Shown here: positions 42,928 to 53,900 of the stretch, in pieces
Numbering within the stretch: position 1 is the first letter of the stretch
How the letters are laid out: each line of letters begins with the position of its first letter
Source: Candidatus Entotheonellaceae bacterium
Lineage (GTDB): Bacteria; Tectomicrobia; Entotheonellia; Entotheonellales; Entotheonellaceae
Assembly (NCBI GenBank): GCA_965238075.1
Contig: OZ250173.1
Location: forward strand, 1,184,001-1,248,000
Direction of reading: 5' to 3'
Length of the DNA stretch: 64,000 nucleotides
Translations under genes and position numbers: made by a program
The notes under the pieces: model-generated
What the model saw: the letters and a program-made list of their open reading frames with translations, nothing else
Databases searched by the model: none
What the model was told of the DNA's origin: nothing

Positions 42928-44550
42928 ATGATGAAGGACCTGTCTGAAACACACGTGCCAGGAACCGAGTTCAGTCGGCGTGAGTTCGTGGCTGGCGCCG
43001 GCGGCGCCGTGGTTGGAATGTCGGCTCTGGGTCTGCCCGCCGGCAGCGCCGAAGCGGCGACGCCGAACTACGGCGGCTCGATCAAGATCGGCTTGCGGAG
43101 CGACATCAGCCGCCTCGACCCGCATCCCCTCTTTCCTCCTTACCCCACCTCCAACGCCATGGCGCTGCTCTACAACGGCCTTACCGAGGCGGACGCCAAC
43201 ACCAACATCGTCCCCGCTCTGGCACACGCCTGGGAGACCTCCAAGGACGGCCTGACGTGGACCTGGCACATCCGCAAGGACGTCACCTTTCACAACGGCC
43301 GCCCGATGACCGGCGCCGACGTCAAGGCCAACCTCGAGCGGGTGCTCACCCCCAAGGTCGGCTCCGTCATTCGCGGCGAGCTGGAAATCATCGACCGCAT
43401 GGACATGCTCGATGACTACACCCTGCGCATGACCCTGAAGGACAAGTACTACCCCCTCCCGGCCATGCTGACCAACCGCTGGCTGCCTATTCTCGACCCG
43501 CAGACCTTCGACACCGCCAAGAGACACCCCATCGCCACCGGGCCGTTCAAGTACGTCTCCTGGAAACGCCTGCACACCACCGTCATGGCCCGGCACGAGG
43601 GATACTGGGAAAAGGACGCCGACGGCAATACCCTGCCCTACCTCGACGAGATCATCGGCAAGCCGCTGGCCGACGACACCGTGCGCCTCACCGCCCTGCG
43701 CACCGGCGACGTGGACATGATCGACGCCGTCAGCTACCGCGACCAGACCCGCTTCATGCAGGAATGGACCGACCAGTTCGACACCTATCTGATCAAGGCC
43801 CTCGGCACCATCTGGTATTACTTCAACGCCGAAAGGCCGCCTTTCAACGACGTGCGGGTACGCCAAGCCGCCGCCCTGGCGCTGGACAAACGCGCCATCC
43901 TGAACAAGACCCTCTTCGGGCACGGCGAAATCATGCACCAATACTACCCGCAGGCGTCGCCGTGGCGGCTGTCCGGCACGTCGCCGTGGGAGCACGACGT
44001 CGACAAAGCCAAGCAACTGCTCAAGGAGGCGGGCGTCAAGCCGGGCACCAAGCTCACCCTGGTCACCTTCGCGCGCTACAACTACATCAAGGAGGGCGCG
44101 CAGATTTTCCAGCAGAACCTGCGTCAGCTTGGCTTGTTCGTGGACCTGAAAATCCTCGACGCTGGCCCCATGCGCGTCGCCCTGAAGAGTCGCGAGTTCG
44201 ACATCTTCGGCCTGGGCAGCGAGCACCGCATGGACCCGCACGAGTATTACTTCAAGGAACTGAGCTCCAAGAGCCCGGTGCACAACCAGTTCTACAGCGG
44301 CTGGGTGAACCCGGACTATGATCAGCTGATCGAAGATGCCCGCCGTACCGCGGACCGGGAAACCCGCAAGCGCCTGTACGCCGAAGCCGAAGGGATTATC
44401 CAGGCGGAAGTGCCCAAGGTGCGCTCGATAAGCGCCCACAATCTGTCTGCCTGGCAAAACGGTCTGCAGGGCTATCGCCCGAACGTCGCCGGCAACCTCA
44501 CCTACAATCACGGCGGCTTCCGCACGGCCTGGCTCAAAAACAGTGGCTAG
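42928..44550 (+). CDS. ABC substrate-binding protein family 5, Tat-exported, paralog 2
   Basis: Collinear and highly similar to 41044-42660. Confidence 0.85.
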   Translation: MMKDLSETHVPGTEFSRREFVAGAGGAVVGMSALGLPAGSAEAATPNYGGSIKIGLRSDISRLDPHPLFPPYPTSNAMALLYNGLTEADANTNIVPALAHAWETSKDGLTWTWHIRKDVTFHNGRPMTGADVKANLERVLTPKVGSVIRGELEIIDRMDMLDDYTLRMTLKDKYYPLPAMLTNRWLPILDPQTFDTAKRHPIATGPFKYVSWKRLHTTVMARHEGYWEKDADGNTLPYLDEIIGKPLADDTVRLTALRTGDVDMIDAVSYRDQTRFMQEWTDQFDTYLIKALGTIWYYFNAERPPFNDVRVRQAAALALDKRAILNKTLFGHGEIMHQYYPQASPWRLSGTSPWEHDVDKAKQLLKEAGVKPGTKLTLVTFARYNYIKEGAQIFQQNLRQLGLFVDLKILDAGPMRVALKSREFDIFGLGSEHRMDPHEYYFKELSSKSPVHNQFYSGWVNPDYDQLIEDARRTADRETRKRLYAEAEGIIQAEVPKVRSISAHNLSAWQNGLQGYRPNVAGNLTYNHGGFRTAWLKNSG

Positions 44551-44588
44551 AGCAATTTCGGACCAAGCCAGCTTACAATGCGACGTTC

Positions 44589-44697
44589 TCCCCCTCACCC
44601 CAACCCTCTCCCGCCAGGGGAGAGGGAGCAGACTCCCTTGGCGAGGGGAGATTCAGCCCCCTGTCCCTCCCCCTCCGCGGGGGAGGGACAGGGAGAG
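44589..44697 (+). repeat. ~110-bp composite C-rich/G-rich palindromic element, copy A
   Basis: CCCCTCACCCCAACCCTCTCCCGCCAGGGGAGAGGG...; near-identical reverse complement at 57347-57457. Confidence 0.85.
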
Positions 44698-44878
44698 ACG
44701 GTCATCGAACGCACCGGCGGCAAGGGAGGGGCGGCATGAGCAAACGCGCGGACCACAGCTCACCGGAGCGTAGCGAAGGTGAACGTATAAGATCAGGCAA
44801 CGCGAGCGTCAGCGAGCGATGCACGGCGGATCGCCTGACGCTGGCGCGCATGCGAACCGCGTGAGGAGCGCCACGCCC

Positions 44879-46063
44879 ATGTCACGCCGCGCCTTCCGGC
44901 TCCTCAAGGCTTTCGGCCGGCGTTTGCGGCGCCGGGAGGCGAGAGAGCAGCTTATCGGGTACCTGTTCACGGCGCCCGCAGTCGCGATCATCGCGCTGTT
45001 CGGCCTGTTCCCGTTGGGTTATGCCTTCTACATGAGCTTTTACGCCTGGCGGGTGCGGCAGGGACCTTTCCGGGGTCTGCGCAACTACGGCAAGGCGCTG
45101 GGCGAGCCGCAAGGTATCCTCATCTTTGCCGGCGCCGTTGCTCTGCTGGCGCTGGCCGCGTGGATGTGGAGGCGGGCTCGCCAGACAGTTCCCGGACGTC
45201 GGCTGCCTGGCCTGCTGGCCGCCGTCGTGTTGTTGGCGGCGGCCGGTGCGGCAGCGGTCACCGGCTGGGGCCGCATGCTGGAAACGGGCGACGTGAAGTT
45301 CCTCAACGCCCTGCCCGTCACCGTCTACTACGCCCTCGGCAGCATCCCCCTGCAACTCGCCATCGCCCTGGCGTTGGCTTGCGTGCTGTTCCAGAACCTG
45401 CGCGGCAGCGCCTTTTTCCGCATGGTCTTCTTCCTGCCGTACGTCATGCCGACCGTCGCCACCGCCACCGTCTTTCGCAGCATATTCAGTTCGCGCGACA
45501 CGTCGATGGCCAACCAGTTTCTGGCGCTGTTCGGCCTCGAACCCCAGCAGTGGCTGGCCGAATCCCGGCCGGTCCTTGAAATCCTCTTCGGCTGGCAACT
45601 AGGGGGGGCGGAACCAGGCTTGCCAGCCACGGGCGGCCCCAGCCTGGCCCTGGTGTCCATCATTCTCTTCGGCGTCTGGACCTTCGTGGGCTACAATGTC
45701 GTCATCTTCCTCGCCGGCCTCGGCTCCATCTCGGGCGAGTTGTACGAAGCCGCCGAGCTCGACGGCGCCAACCGCTGGGACGTGTTCCGCCATATCACCT
45801 TTCCGCTGCTCTCGCCGGTCACCTTCTATTTGGCGCTCATTGACTTCATCGGCGCCCTCAAGGCGTTCAATCATATTTTCGTGATGCGCTCGCCGCTGGC
45901 GCAGGGCACGGTGAACACCGCCAGCATGGTTATTTTCGACACCTTTTACCTGGCCAACCAGTACGGCTACGCGGCGGCGCAAGTCGTCCTGCTGTTCCTG
46001 ATGATCCTGGGCGTGACGTACGCGCAGAACCGCGTTTTCGGAAGGAGCGTGATCTATGATTGA
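44879..46063 (+). CDS. Carbohydrate ABC permease (UgpA-like)
   Basis: FFLPYVMP, IFLAGL.SI..ELYEAAELDGA. Confidence 0.85.
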   Translation: MSRRAFRLLKAFGRRLRRREAREQLIGYLFTAPAVAIIALFGLFPLGYAFYMSFYAWRVRQGPFRGLRNYGKALGEPQGILIFAGAVALLALAAWMWRRARQTVPGRRLPGLLAAVVLLAAAGAAAVTGWGRMLETGDVKFLNALPVTVYYALGSIPLQLAIALALACVLFQNLRGSAFFRMVFFLPYVMPTVATATVFRSIFSSRDTSMANQFLALFGLEPQQWLAESRPVLEILFGWQLGGAEPGLPATGGPSLALVSIILFGVWTFVGYNVVIFLAGLGSISGELYEAAELDGANRWDVFRHITFPLLSPVTFYLALIDFIGALKAFNHIFVMRSPLAQGTVNTASMVIFDTFYLANQYGYAAAQVVLLFLMILGVTYAQNRVFGRSVIYD

Positions 46064-46940
46064 GAGCGCCGTGCAACGGCGGGGCGCCCCGCAATCCAAG
46101 ACGGCGCGACTGCATGTCGGGCGCCTAAGCCTGTATCTCGTTTTGATAGCAGGCGCGGTGGTGGTGGCGCTACCGTTTTGCTGGATGGTCTCCACCTCGC
46201 TGATGACCCTGGGCGAGACAATCAACCGGCAATGGCTGCCGGGCACGCCGCGCTGGCAGAACTACCAGACGGCCTGGACGGAGGCGCGCTTCGCGGTCTA
46301 CTTCATGAACAGCGTGATCATTACGGTCACCTCGCTCGCGGGGCTGCTGACGACCTCCATCCTGGCCGCCTACGCCTTTGCGCGCCTGCAATTCGCCGGC
46401 CGCGAGATCATTTTCTTCGGCCTGCTGAGCACCATGATGATCCCCGAGGCCATGACCCTGCTGCCCAGTTTTCTGGTCATCCGCGGCGACGTCATCCCCC
46501 TGCCGGGCGGCTCGTGGCTGAACACTCTGCAAGGGCTGACGGTGCCGTTCATGGCCAGCGCCTTCAGCATTTTCCTGCTGCGGCAGTTCTTCAGACGCCT
46601 GCCCGTGGAGTTGTGGGATGCCGCCTGCATCGACGGCTGCGGCCACCTGCGCTTTCTCACCACCGTGGCGTTACCGCTCAGCAAGGCGCCGCTGCTGACG
46701 GTGTCGCTGTTCGGCTTCATTGCCTCGTGGGACGCCCTGCTGTGGCCGCTGCTCGTCACCACGCGCGAAACCTGGCGCCCCCTCATGGTGGGCCTGTGGT
46801 CGCTGGTCACCGAAGCGGGCCCGGAAACCCAGCTTTTCATGGCCGGGGCCACCATCACCCTGCTGCCCATCCTCGTGATCTACTTCCTGGTGCAACGACA
46901 GTTCACCGAGGGCATTATGACCTCGGGTCTCAAGGGATGA
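46056..46940 (+). CDS. Carbohydrate ABC permease (UgpE-like)
   Basis: AAYAFARL.F.GR, FSIFLLRQFF..LP.EL.DAA.IDG. Confidence 0.85.
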   Translation: MIESAVQRRGAPQSKTARLHVGRLSLYLVLIAGAVVVALPFCWMVSTSLMTLGETINRQWLPGTPRWQNYQTAWTEARFAVYFMNSVIITVTSLAGLLTTSILAAYAFARLQFAGREIIFFGLLSTMMIPEAMTLLPSFLVIRGDVIPLPGGSWLNTLQGLTVPFMASAFSIFLLRQFFRRLPVELWDAACIDGCGHLRFLTTVALPLSKAPLLTVSLFGFIASWDALLWPLLVTTRETWRPLMVGLWSLVTEAGPETQLFMAGATITLLPILVIYFLVQRQFTEGIMTSGLKG

Positions 46941-46975
46941 CCTGACAACGTTCAATCGAAGGAGTGCCGTACCCC

Positions 46976-48325
46976 ATGCCACACCGCATCATACTGTCCC
47001 TGACAGCCACTATTGCACTCACCGTCAGCTTTCTCGTTATGCCGGCCGGCGCGCAGTCCGACCCGTGGGCCAAGGTCGATCCGAGCAACCAGAGCCTGGT
47101 GTTCTGGCACAACCACACCCGCAGCCGTCAGGATGCCCTGCAAGCCATCGTGGAGACCTTCAACGAAAGCAACCCTTACGGCATTACCATCGCCCAGGAA
47201 ACCCAGGGCGCCTATGCCGACATTTTTCGCAAGATGCTGGGCCTACTCGGCACACCGGAGGTCCCCGACCTGGTGGTGGCCTACCAGAACCAGGCGGCCA
47301 CCTACCAACTGCGCGACGCCCTCGTCGACATGACCTCGCTGATGCAAAGCCCGAAGTGGGGGCTGTCGGCGGAGGAACAGGCCGACTTCTTCCCCGCCTT
47401 TTTCCGGCAGGATATCTTTCCCCTGTTCGATAACGCCCGCCTGGGCCTGGCGCCGAACCGCTCGATGGAGGTCCTGTATTACAACCGCGACTGGCTGGCG
47501 GAGCTCGGCTACGACGAGCCGCCGAGCACGCCGGAGGCGTTCAAGGCCGTGGCGTGCAAGGCCGCCCACACACCCTTCAGCAAGACCGCCGGCAGCGGCA
47601 CAATGGGCTATCAACTCAGCCTCGACGCCTCGCGCCTGGCAAGCTGGACCTTTGCCTTCGGCGGCGACATTTTCGATTACCAGACGCGCCTGTACACATA
47701 CGACAGCACCGCCACCCAACAGGCCATGGCGTTCCTGCAAGACCTGTATGCCGAGGGCTGCGCGAGACCGGCCAGCGAACGCGGCGGTGCCCTGGCCGAT
47801 TTCAGCACCGGACGCCTGCTGTTTACCTCGGCGTCCAGTTCGGGCCTGCCATTTTTCAAGGCGGCCGTCGGCGCCGGCGCCAAGTTCGACTGGAGCGTCG
47901 CGCCGCTGCCGCACACCACGGCGACGCCCGTCACGAACGTCTACGGCGCCAGCGTCAGCATGCCCAAGAGCACCCCGCAGCGCGAGCTGGCAACGTGGCT
48001 GTTCATCAGGTATTTCACCAGCCCGGAGGTGCAGGCGGGTTGGGGACAGGCGGCCAATTACTTTCCGGTACGGCAGAGTGCCGCGCAGCGTCTGGGTGAC
48101 TATTTTCAGCGTCACACTGCCTACAAAACCGCCTTTGATCTGCTGCAATACGGCCGCCACGAGCCGCCGGTGCCGGGCTACGACTTCGTGCGCGCCATGG
48201 CCGAGGAAGCCCTGGCTGCAATCTTCGCGCAGGGCCGCGACGTGGAGAAGACCTTGATCAGACTGAATCGGAATGCCAACGTCAGCCTCAGGGAGCAGCT
48301 GGAGTATCTGCCGTCAGCGCAGTGA
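46976..48325 (+). CDS. Carbohydrate/glycerol-phosphate ABC substrate-binding protein (UgpB-like)
   Basis: Signal peptide; FWH, NRSMEVLYYNRD, YFPVRQSA. Confidence 0.8.
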   Translation: MPHRIILSLTATIALTVSFLVMPAGAQSDPWAKVDPSNQSLVFWHNHTRSRQDALQAIVETFNESNPYGITIAQETQGAYADIFRKMLGLLGTPEVPDLVVAYQNQAATYQLRDALVDMTSLMQSPKWGLSAEEQADFFPAFFRQDIFPLFDNARLGLAPNRSMEVLYYNRDWLAELGYDEPPSTPEAFKAVACKAAHTPFSKTAGSGTMGYQLSLDASRLASWTFAFGGDIFDYQTRLYTYDSTATQQAMAFLQDLYAEGCARPASERGGALADFSTGRLLFTSASSSGLPFFKAAVGAGAKFDWSVAPLPHTTATPVTNVYGASVSMPKSTPQRELATWLFIRYFTSPEVQAGWGQAANYFPVRQSAAQRLGDYFQRHTAYKTAFDLLQYGRHEPPVPGYDFVRAMAEEALAAIFAQGRDVEKTLIRLNRNANVSLREQLEYLPSAQ

Positions 48326-48341
48326 GGGCGTGGCAGGGAGG

Positions 48342-49583
48342 TTATTCCGCAACGTGTTTTTGCGGGCAGGCGAGCCAGAAGATTCCCGACAGCACCAGCA
48401 GGCCACCGCTGACGACGGCCAGGGTGCGGGGCGTCAGCGCGGCGGAATCCAGCCCCCAGGCGGTGGCCAGGATGGACAGCGTCATGATGACGGTGAAGAG
48501 CATGAAATCGGCCGCGAAGACCCGTCCGCGGTAGGTATCCGGAACGCTGATCTGCAGCAGCGTTGAACTGAACACCCACAGCACGTTGGACGCCATCGTC
48601 CCCATGAAGAGCGCCAACGCAGCCCAGGCCAGGGTCGGGGTGGCGCCAAACAGCACGTAAAACCCGCCGGTCATCACAAAGGCCGCGCCGATGGTTCCCA
48701 CCATTGTTTGCGGCTCCTCGCCGACCAGCCGCCGGGCCAGCAGCGGTCCGAGCAGCGCGCCGAGGCCGCGGGCCATGAACAGCATTCCCATGCCGATGGC
48801 GCCCGCCTCGAAAATGTTCTCGGCAAACAACGCGATGAGAATCACCATGCCGCCGGCCAACCCGACGCTGCACGCCTTCACGGAAAGCAGCCGCAGGACA
48901 TAGGGCCGCGCCGCCATATAGCGTATGCCGCCGCGAAACGTCTGCCAGCCGGTATGACCCGCGTCCGATGCAGCGGCGGCGGGCGGAATGGCCACCCGCA
49001 TGATGCAGCCGGCCGACACCATATAGCTGAAGGCATCGATCAGAAACGCCTCGGTGGTGCCCAGCCAGGCGGTCACGAGGCCGCCGAGGGCCGTGCCGAT
49101 GGCCAGCATGGCGGCCCAACTGGCGCTGCCCAGGGCGTTGGCTGCCACGAGCTCCCGGCGCGTGGTGATGTTGGGAATGGTGGCCGCGTAAGCAGGGTGG
49201 AAGAAGGCCGAGACCGACATCATGACCGCGGTCAGCGCATACACCAGCCACAGCCGTTCCGCCGAGGTGATGAACAGGAATCCGAGCGCCATCACCGCCC
49301 GCACCAAATCGGCCCCGACCATGATCCGCTTACGGCTGAAGCGGTCAGCCGCCACGCCGGCCACGGGGCTGAGCACGAACAGTGACGCCGTCTGCGCGAT
49401 CATGACGCCGCCCAGCGCCAGACCGGAAGCGCCGGTGAGTTTCAGCACCAAGTGATACAGCGCCATGGTGCGGAACCAGTCGCCGATCATGCTGGCAGCC
49501 AGTCCCAACCATAGGCGCCGGTAGCTGGGGTTGTCGCGCAGCAGCGCCCAGTAGCCTGCGGACTCGGTTACGAACAGGGCCAT
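48342..49583 (-). CDS. MFS transporter (DHA3/macrolide-efflux-like)
   Basis: RRLWLG...GDW, GVAADRFSRK, VPDTYRGRVF; multiple TM segments. Confidence 0.85.
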   Translation of the reverse strand: MALFVTESAGYWALLRDNPSYRRLWLGLAASMIGDWFRTMALYHLVLKLTGASGLALGGVMIAQTASLFVLSPVAGVAADRFSRKRIMVGADLVRAVMALGFLFITSAERLWLVYALTAVMMSVSAFFHPAYAATIPNITTRRELVAANALGSASWAAMLAIGTALGGLVTAWLGTTEAFLIDAFSYMVSAGCIMRVAIPPAAAASDAGHTGWQTFRGGIRYMAARPYVLRLLSVKACSVGLAGGMVILIALFAENIFEAGAIGMGMLFMARGLGALLGPLLARRLVGEEPQTMVGTIGAAFVMTGGFYVLFGATPTLAWAALALFMGTMASNVLWVFSSTLLQISVPDTYRGRVFAADFMLFTVIMTLSILATAWGLDSAALTPRTLAVVSGGLLVLSGIFWLACPQKHVAE

Positions 49584-49625
49584 GGCTCGCTCCCACTCGC
49601 CTGGCTTGGCGCGCCGGGCGCGCCC

Positions 49626-50900
49626 CTAGGCCAGATGCGGGTGCATCCAGGCGGCCACGGCTAGCAGATGATCGTCGGCGCCGAGCGGTCCTACGGCCTG
49701 CACGCCGACGGGCAAACCCTGCGGCCCGCTGAGGCCGGGCAGACTGATGACCGGGGTGTGCAGCAACGTCCACATGCGGTTGAACAGCGGATTGCCGGTG
49801 GCCCCCAGGCCGGCGGGCGCTTCGCCGGGCGCGCTGGGCACCAGCAGGACATCGTGCGCGGCGAACACGGCGGGCAGCGCACGGCGGCAGGTTTCGGCCA
49901 GCTGCAGAGCCGCCTTGTATTCGGTGTACGACAGCCTTTCCCCCGGCTCCAGCAGTTGCTGCGTGCTGGAGCTCAACTGGTCGCGGCGCTGTGTCAACTC
50001 ATAGGCGCAACAACGCACGCCCTCGAATATCTGCACCGTCGTTTGCGCCTCTACCAATCCGTCGAACTCGGCGGGCAGCGTCACCTCCTCCACTTGCGCC
50101 CCGGCGTCGGCGAAGCGCCGTGCGGCCATTTCCACTGCCTCCTGCGTGGCGGCCGTTGCCTGCGGCCATTGCGGCGTGCGGCACAGGCCGATGCGCGGCG
50201 GCTCCGTCAGCACCGTCAACTGTGGCGGACTGCCCATCAGCACCGCCCGCAGCAGCGCCAAGTCCTGCACGCAGCGGGCGAAGCCGCCAAGCGTATCCAG
50301 CGTCTGCGACAGCAGCTTGATGCCGGCCAGTGAGAAATCGCTGTGCGTCGGCTTGTAACCCACCACGCCGCAGAACGACGCCGGGCGCACGATGGAACCG
50401 GCCGTCTGGCTGCCCAGCGCCAGCGGCACCATCTCCGCCGCCACCGCCGCCGCCGAGCCGCTGGACGAACCGCCCGGCGTGTGCGCCGGGTTGTGCGGAT
50501 TGGCCGTCTTGCCGGGCTCGTACATGGCGAACTCGGTGCTCACGGTCTTGCCCATAACCACCGCCCCGGCCTGCCGCAGCAGCGCCACGCAGGCGGCGTC
50601 CCAGGCCGTTTGATGAGCGGCGTAAATCGGCGATCCGTAGGTCGTCGGCATATCCGCGGTATCGATGATGTCCTTGATGCCCACCGGCACGCCGTGCAGC
50701 GGCCCGCTCGCAGGTGCACGATCGCGGTCGCGGGCTTGTGCCAACGCCTGCTCCGGGTCGAGATGGGTCCAGGCTGCAATCGCAGGGTCGCGCTCGTCGA
50801 TGCGCTCCAGGCAGGCGCGCACCAGCGCTTCGCTCGTCAGGTTGCCGGAGGCGATGGCCTCGGCGGCTTCCCAAGCGTTCAGGGTATGGCTTGATGGCAT
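49626..50900 (-). CDS. Amidase-signature family amidase
   Basis: LHGVPVGIKD, PGGSSSGS, GSQTAGSIVRPAS. Confidence 0.9.
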   Translation of the reverse strand: MPSSHTLNAWEAAEAIASGNLTSEALVRACLERIDERDPAIAAWTHLDPEQALAQARDRDRAPASGPLHGVPVGIKDIIDTADMPTTYGSPIYAAHQTAWDAACVALLRQAGAVVMGKTVSTEFAMYEPGKTANPHNPAHTPGGSSSGSAAAVAAEMVPLALGSQTAGSIVRPASFCGVVGYKPTHSDFSLAGIKLLSQTLDTLGGFARCVQDLALLRAVLMGSPPQLTVLTEPPRIGLCRTPQWPQATAATQEAVEMAARRFADAGAQVEEVTLPAEFDGLVEAQTTVQIFEGVRCCAYELTQRRDQLSSSTQQLLEPGERLSYTEYKAALQLAETCRRALPAVFAAHDVLLVPSAPGEAPAGLGATGNPLFNRMWTLLHTPVISLPGLSGPQGLPVGVQAVGPLGADDHLLAVAAWMHPHLA

Positions 50901-50989
50901 GGCGAATCCTCACGCTTCAGGGTGTCTGCAGCAATTGGGGTGCCACCATAGCGCATTCCCAAGGCACGGGTCCAGGACACGGTGCTGGT

Positions 50990-53900
50990 TCAATGCCAGT
51001 CGTGCGCCTCGGGCATGCGCGCGCGGGTGTCGATGGCCTTCAGGTCGGAAACGATGACGTTGGGGGTGCCGTCGTAGCGCGACACCACCCCCTTGACCAG
51101 CACCACCTGGCTGCGCAGCTGGCGCCGGCAGCGCTCGGCCACGTCGGCCCACAGGGTAACCTGCTGGTCGCCGTGCTCGTCCTCGATAGTCACGAACACC
51201 ACGCCGTTTTTGCCCCTGGGGTGCTGCCGGGCCACCGGCCAGCCGGCCACCTGCACCTCCTCCCCCTCCTTGCACGCTTCCACCGCTACGGTCGGCAGCA
51301 CCTTTTTGCTCAGCCGCGGCCGGATGAATTCCATCAAGTGGCCGCGTGGATAGATGCCCATGACGCGGTACTCGCCGGCCATCTTTTCGTAATCCGTGAA
51401 GTCCGCCAGCCCGTCAACGCGCTCCTCCGTCTTCAGCGCCAGCCCCACCTGACCCTCGTGCGACGGACGCACCGCCAACCCGGCCTCCCACAACGCGGCG
51501 CGGCGGTTGGAATTGAGGCCGTCGAACGCCCCGGCCCGCACCAGCGACAGCACCGCCTGCGGCTTGAGGCCCGTGCGCCGCACCAGATCACCGGCGCTGC
51601 CGTAGCTGCCGCCGCGCTGCCGCTCTTCCACGATCAGCCGGGCAGAACTCGTACCAACGTCCTTGATGAACCGCAGGCCCAGCCGCAGGGCGCCCGCCTC
51701 GGGCACGCAATCCGCCTGGCTGAGGTTCACGCAGGGATTGCGGAAGGCGACGCCGAAGCGACGCGCATCCTGCTTGAGTGTCTCCAGGGGGTAAAAGCCC
51801 ATCGGCTGGTTGTTGATGAGGGCGACGAAGAACGCCAGCGGGTAGTAGCACTTCATCCAGGCCGCCTGGTAGGCCGTAATGCCAAAGGCGAAGCTGTGCG
51901 ACTCGGGGAACATGTAGTGCCCGTTGATCTTGCCGAATATCTTCTCGCCGACCTCCTTGGGCACGCCGCGCTGCCGCGCCTGTTCCAGAAAGCGTTGGCG
52001 GTGCGCGGCGATGAGGTGCCGGTTGTTCGGCTTGGCGAAGGCGCGGCGGATTTCGTCGGCCTCGGCGGCGCTCATGCCCGCCACGTCCATGATGAGTTGC
52101 ACCACCTGCTCCTGCCACACGATGATGCCGTAGCCGCGCTCCAGGGCGCGCTTTTCAAGGGGGTGATCGTAGTCCCACGGGGCGCCGTGGCGGTAGCGCT
52201 CGACGAAGTTGGACACCGCGCTGCCCTGCGTGCCCACGCCGGGGCGGATGAGGGCAACCTGATAGGCCAGGTCCAGCAGGTTGCGCGACCGCAGGCGCTG
52301 GCCCATCTTGAGTTGCGCCGGCGATTGCAACAGGAAGACGCCCTTGGAGCGGCCCGCGTTGATCAGGTCGTAAACCTTGGGGTCGTCCGGGTCGATGCGG
52401 CTGAGATCCGGGCGCCGGCCTTCCTTCGCCTCGATCAGGTCCAGGGCTTCCTCCAACTGGTCCAGCACCGGCAGGGAGAGCAGGTCGATCTTGGCAAAAT
52501 GGGCGTCCGCCACGCTGTCCTTGTCCCAGTCCATGATGAAGCGCCCCCGCGTGGCGCCGGCGCGCACGGGCACCATGTCCGGGATCGGCGAGCTGCTCAG
52601 CACCATGCCGCCGACGTGCTGGCTGAGCAGCTTGGGAGCACCCATGAGTTGCGGCGCCAACCGCAGTAGGTCGCGCCAGCCGGGAGCACGCATGCGACCG
52701 CGAAAGGTGTCGAGCGCCAACATCTCCCGCCGCAGGTCGGAAGCGTCGCGAGAGTGCAGTTGCTTGGAAAGATGCGACAGTTCCTTGCGCGGCAGCCCGA
52801 GGGCCTTGCCGAGGTCCTGGATAATGCCCTTCACGGTGTAGGTATGGATGGCGCCGGCGAGGACGGCAAAGTCCGGCCCGAAATGGCTGTGCACCCGTTC
52901 GATCAGCGCCTCGCGCAGGCTGCGGGGGAAGTCGAGGTCGATGTCCGGCAGGCTCGTCATGTCCTCGGAGATGAAGCGCTCCAGCGTCAGGTTCCACTTG
53001 AGCGGATCGACGTGGCTGATACCGATCAGGTAGCCGACCAGCAGGGACACCGAAGAACCGCGCCCGCGGCCTGGCGTGCGCTCCTCCAGAGGCGTTTCCG
53101 GGAGCGTGAGGCCGCGCTCCTGCATCAGTTGCTGGGCGATGAGTACGATCTCCCGGTACAGCAACAGGAAGCCGGCCAGATGGTGCCGCTGGATGAGGCG
53201 CATTTCCTCTTCGAGGCGTGCCTCCAGCTCCGGGGTGATGGAACCGTAGCGCCGGATGGCGGCTTCGAGGCAAAGCTGCTTCAGGTAGCTCTGCGGGGTG
53301 TAGCCCATGGGCACGTCGGGCTCGGGGAGGGCGTAGCCGAGGTCGGTGCTCAGGTTGAAGGTGCAGCTTGCGGCGACATGCGCGCTATTGGCAAGGGCCT
53401 CAGGGCAATCGCTGAACAACTCGGCCATCTGCGGCGGCGATTTCAAGGACAGGTGCGGATTGGGGCTGATGAACGGCAGGGCCTGGTCGATGGTCAGGTT
53501 GTGTTTGGCGGCGACCAGGGCATTTTGCAGCCGGTAGCGCTGTGGGGCGTGGTAATGCACGTCGTTGCTGGCAATCAGGGGGACGCCGTGCTCGCGGGCC
53601 AGGCGGCTGAGTTCGCGGTTGCGGGCGGTATCGCCGCGCAGGAAGTTTTGTTGCAGTTCCGCGTAGACCGAGCCGCTGCCGTACCATGCCAGGCAAGCGC
53701 GAAGCAGGCGCGCGGCCTCCTGACGACGGCCTTCCTGCACCAGATGCGAGAGGCGCCCGCCGCGCCCGCCGCACAGCAGCACGACGCCTTCGGCATGCGC
53801 CGGCAGATGCTCGGGGTCGAGCCGCGGCTCACGACGGTCGACGGCGCTGGCCAGGGTGAACAGGCGTGAGATGTTGGTGTAGCCCCGTCTCGTCTTGGCG

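Noticed and set aside
42889-44598. Long antisense or alternate-frame ORFs (also 441-1634, 5801-8188, 50714-52669, 60794-62326, 62200-63882)
   Set aside because: They are shadows of GC-rich coding genes with no recognisable motifs.
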